From Eledone cirrhosa (Eukaryota), in contig OZ024743.1 of NCBI GenBank assembly GCA_964016885.1, positions 212,288,001-212,352,000 on the forward strand: 64,000 nt of DNA, given 5' to 3'. The position numbers and the translations under genes were made by a program. Under the pieces are notes generated by a model. The model saw only the letters and a list, made by a program, of their open reading frames with translations. It was not told where the DNA came from and searched no databases. Below are positions 63,151-64,000 of this stretch, piece by piece (position 1 is the stretch's first letter; every line of letters starts with the position of its first letter).

Positions 63151-63590
63151 CCCCTTTTGCTTAATAGTCCTTGCTCTTCACCTCCTTTTCCTCTCATTTA
63201 TAGCATTTATAGTCCTTTCCAATTATGCTTTCTTTTTCTGTATGTTTGGCCAATTTATAGTTATTTCAGCAATGAATTTATTCATCCCAAAACATAAATC
63301 CACGTCCTCTTAAAATGAGCATCTGAACTATATAGAACATAGCAACTCTACTATATCACATCTGTCTCTTCAGGGTTGTTGTTTTTTTTTAATATTAAAT
63401 CAGACTGTTTTTCCTTGATCTTCAATTTATAAAATAACTACTTGTAATATATAGTTGTGAATTCAAATGACTATGTCCATGTTATATAAAACACAATCAA
63501 TTTAAATTGGCATGGGTTTGTTTTTTAACACCTGATGGTTTTCCCTTCTTGAAACAGAATAAAACATCACCATTATGTCAACAGTTGACC

Positions 63591-63900
63591 TCATCATCAT
63601 CATCATTTAATGTCTGTTTTTCTTGCTAGCAATAGTTGGACAGAACATGACAGACTGAATCAGTACTTTCTTGGATTTACTAATCTCTCAGATGGGCTGG
63701 GGGCTGCATCTCATATATTCCTACACTCTACAGAGTGTACTGGGTGCATTTTACTGTGGCACCAGCAGTAGAGGGGTTGTTGTGCCCTTGATTTAACTGA
63801 AGAGTTCTTTCATGTAGATAAAGAAGATTCAGACCGGTTCATGTCACAGCAGTTCAGTTTTGCTGCAGATACTCTATCCTGCTGTTTGGGCAGAATATGT
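63591..63900 (-). mobile_element. Decayed RTE 3' end with (CAT)n tail
   Basis: (CAT)n followed by TTTAATGTCTG, similar to 58388-58450. Confidence 0.55.
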
Positions 63901-64000
63901 AACTCTTTAGTGCCATTTACTAAGCTATTCTGAACAGAAAACAGATTTTCTGGACGCATTCATATCTTCTTAGATAAAGCAATAGCAAACATACCTATCA

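Overview
Eukaryotic, AT-rich, microsatellite-dense DNA made almost entirely of transposable elements. The tRNA-derived SINE family, the RTE LINE tails and the (TA)/(CA)/(ATT) microsatellites suggest a coleoid cephalopod (Octopus-like); this is inference, not a database result. Contents: two L1/Tx1-like LINE families, one bounded by (ATT)n and one by (TATC)n; three R4/Dong-like LINEs at (AAT)n; several RTE LINEs, one with a PHD finger inside the RT and one with C-terminal C2H2 fingers; two Penelope-like elements (PLEs); Helitron and Gypsy relics; mariner-type MITEs; and many SINEs. The strongest unannotated signal is a set of type I hammerhead ribozymes. Two identical ones lie 445 nt apart in a non-coding tandem/inverted repeat (36962-37872, minus strand, retrozyme-like). 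Two more have intact cores (37928-37998 minus, 58232-58283 plus), and several variant or decayed copies occur. Second, both Tx1-like families have the ORF1 stop embedded in a GTAAGT donor whose use with a conserved AG would fuse ORF1 to ORF2 in frame. No complete host gene is evident; one candidate signal-peptide exon lies at about 61.9 kb. Element boundaries are read by eye and are approximate unless stated.
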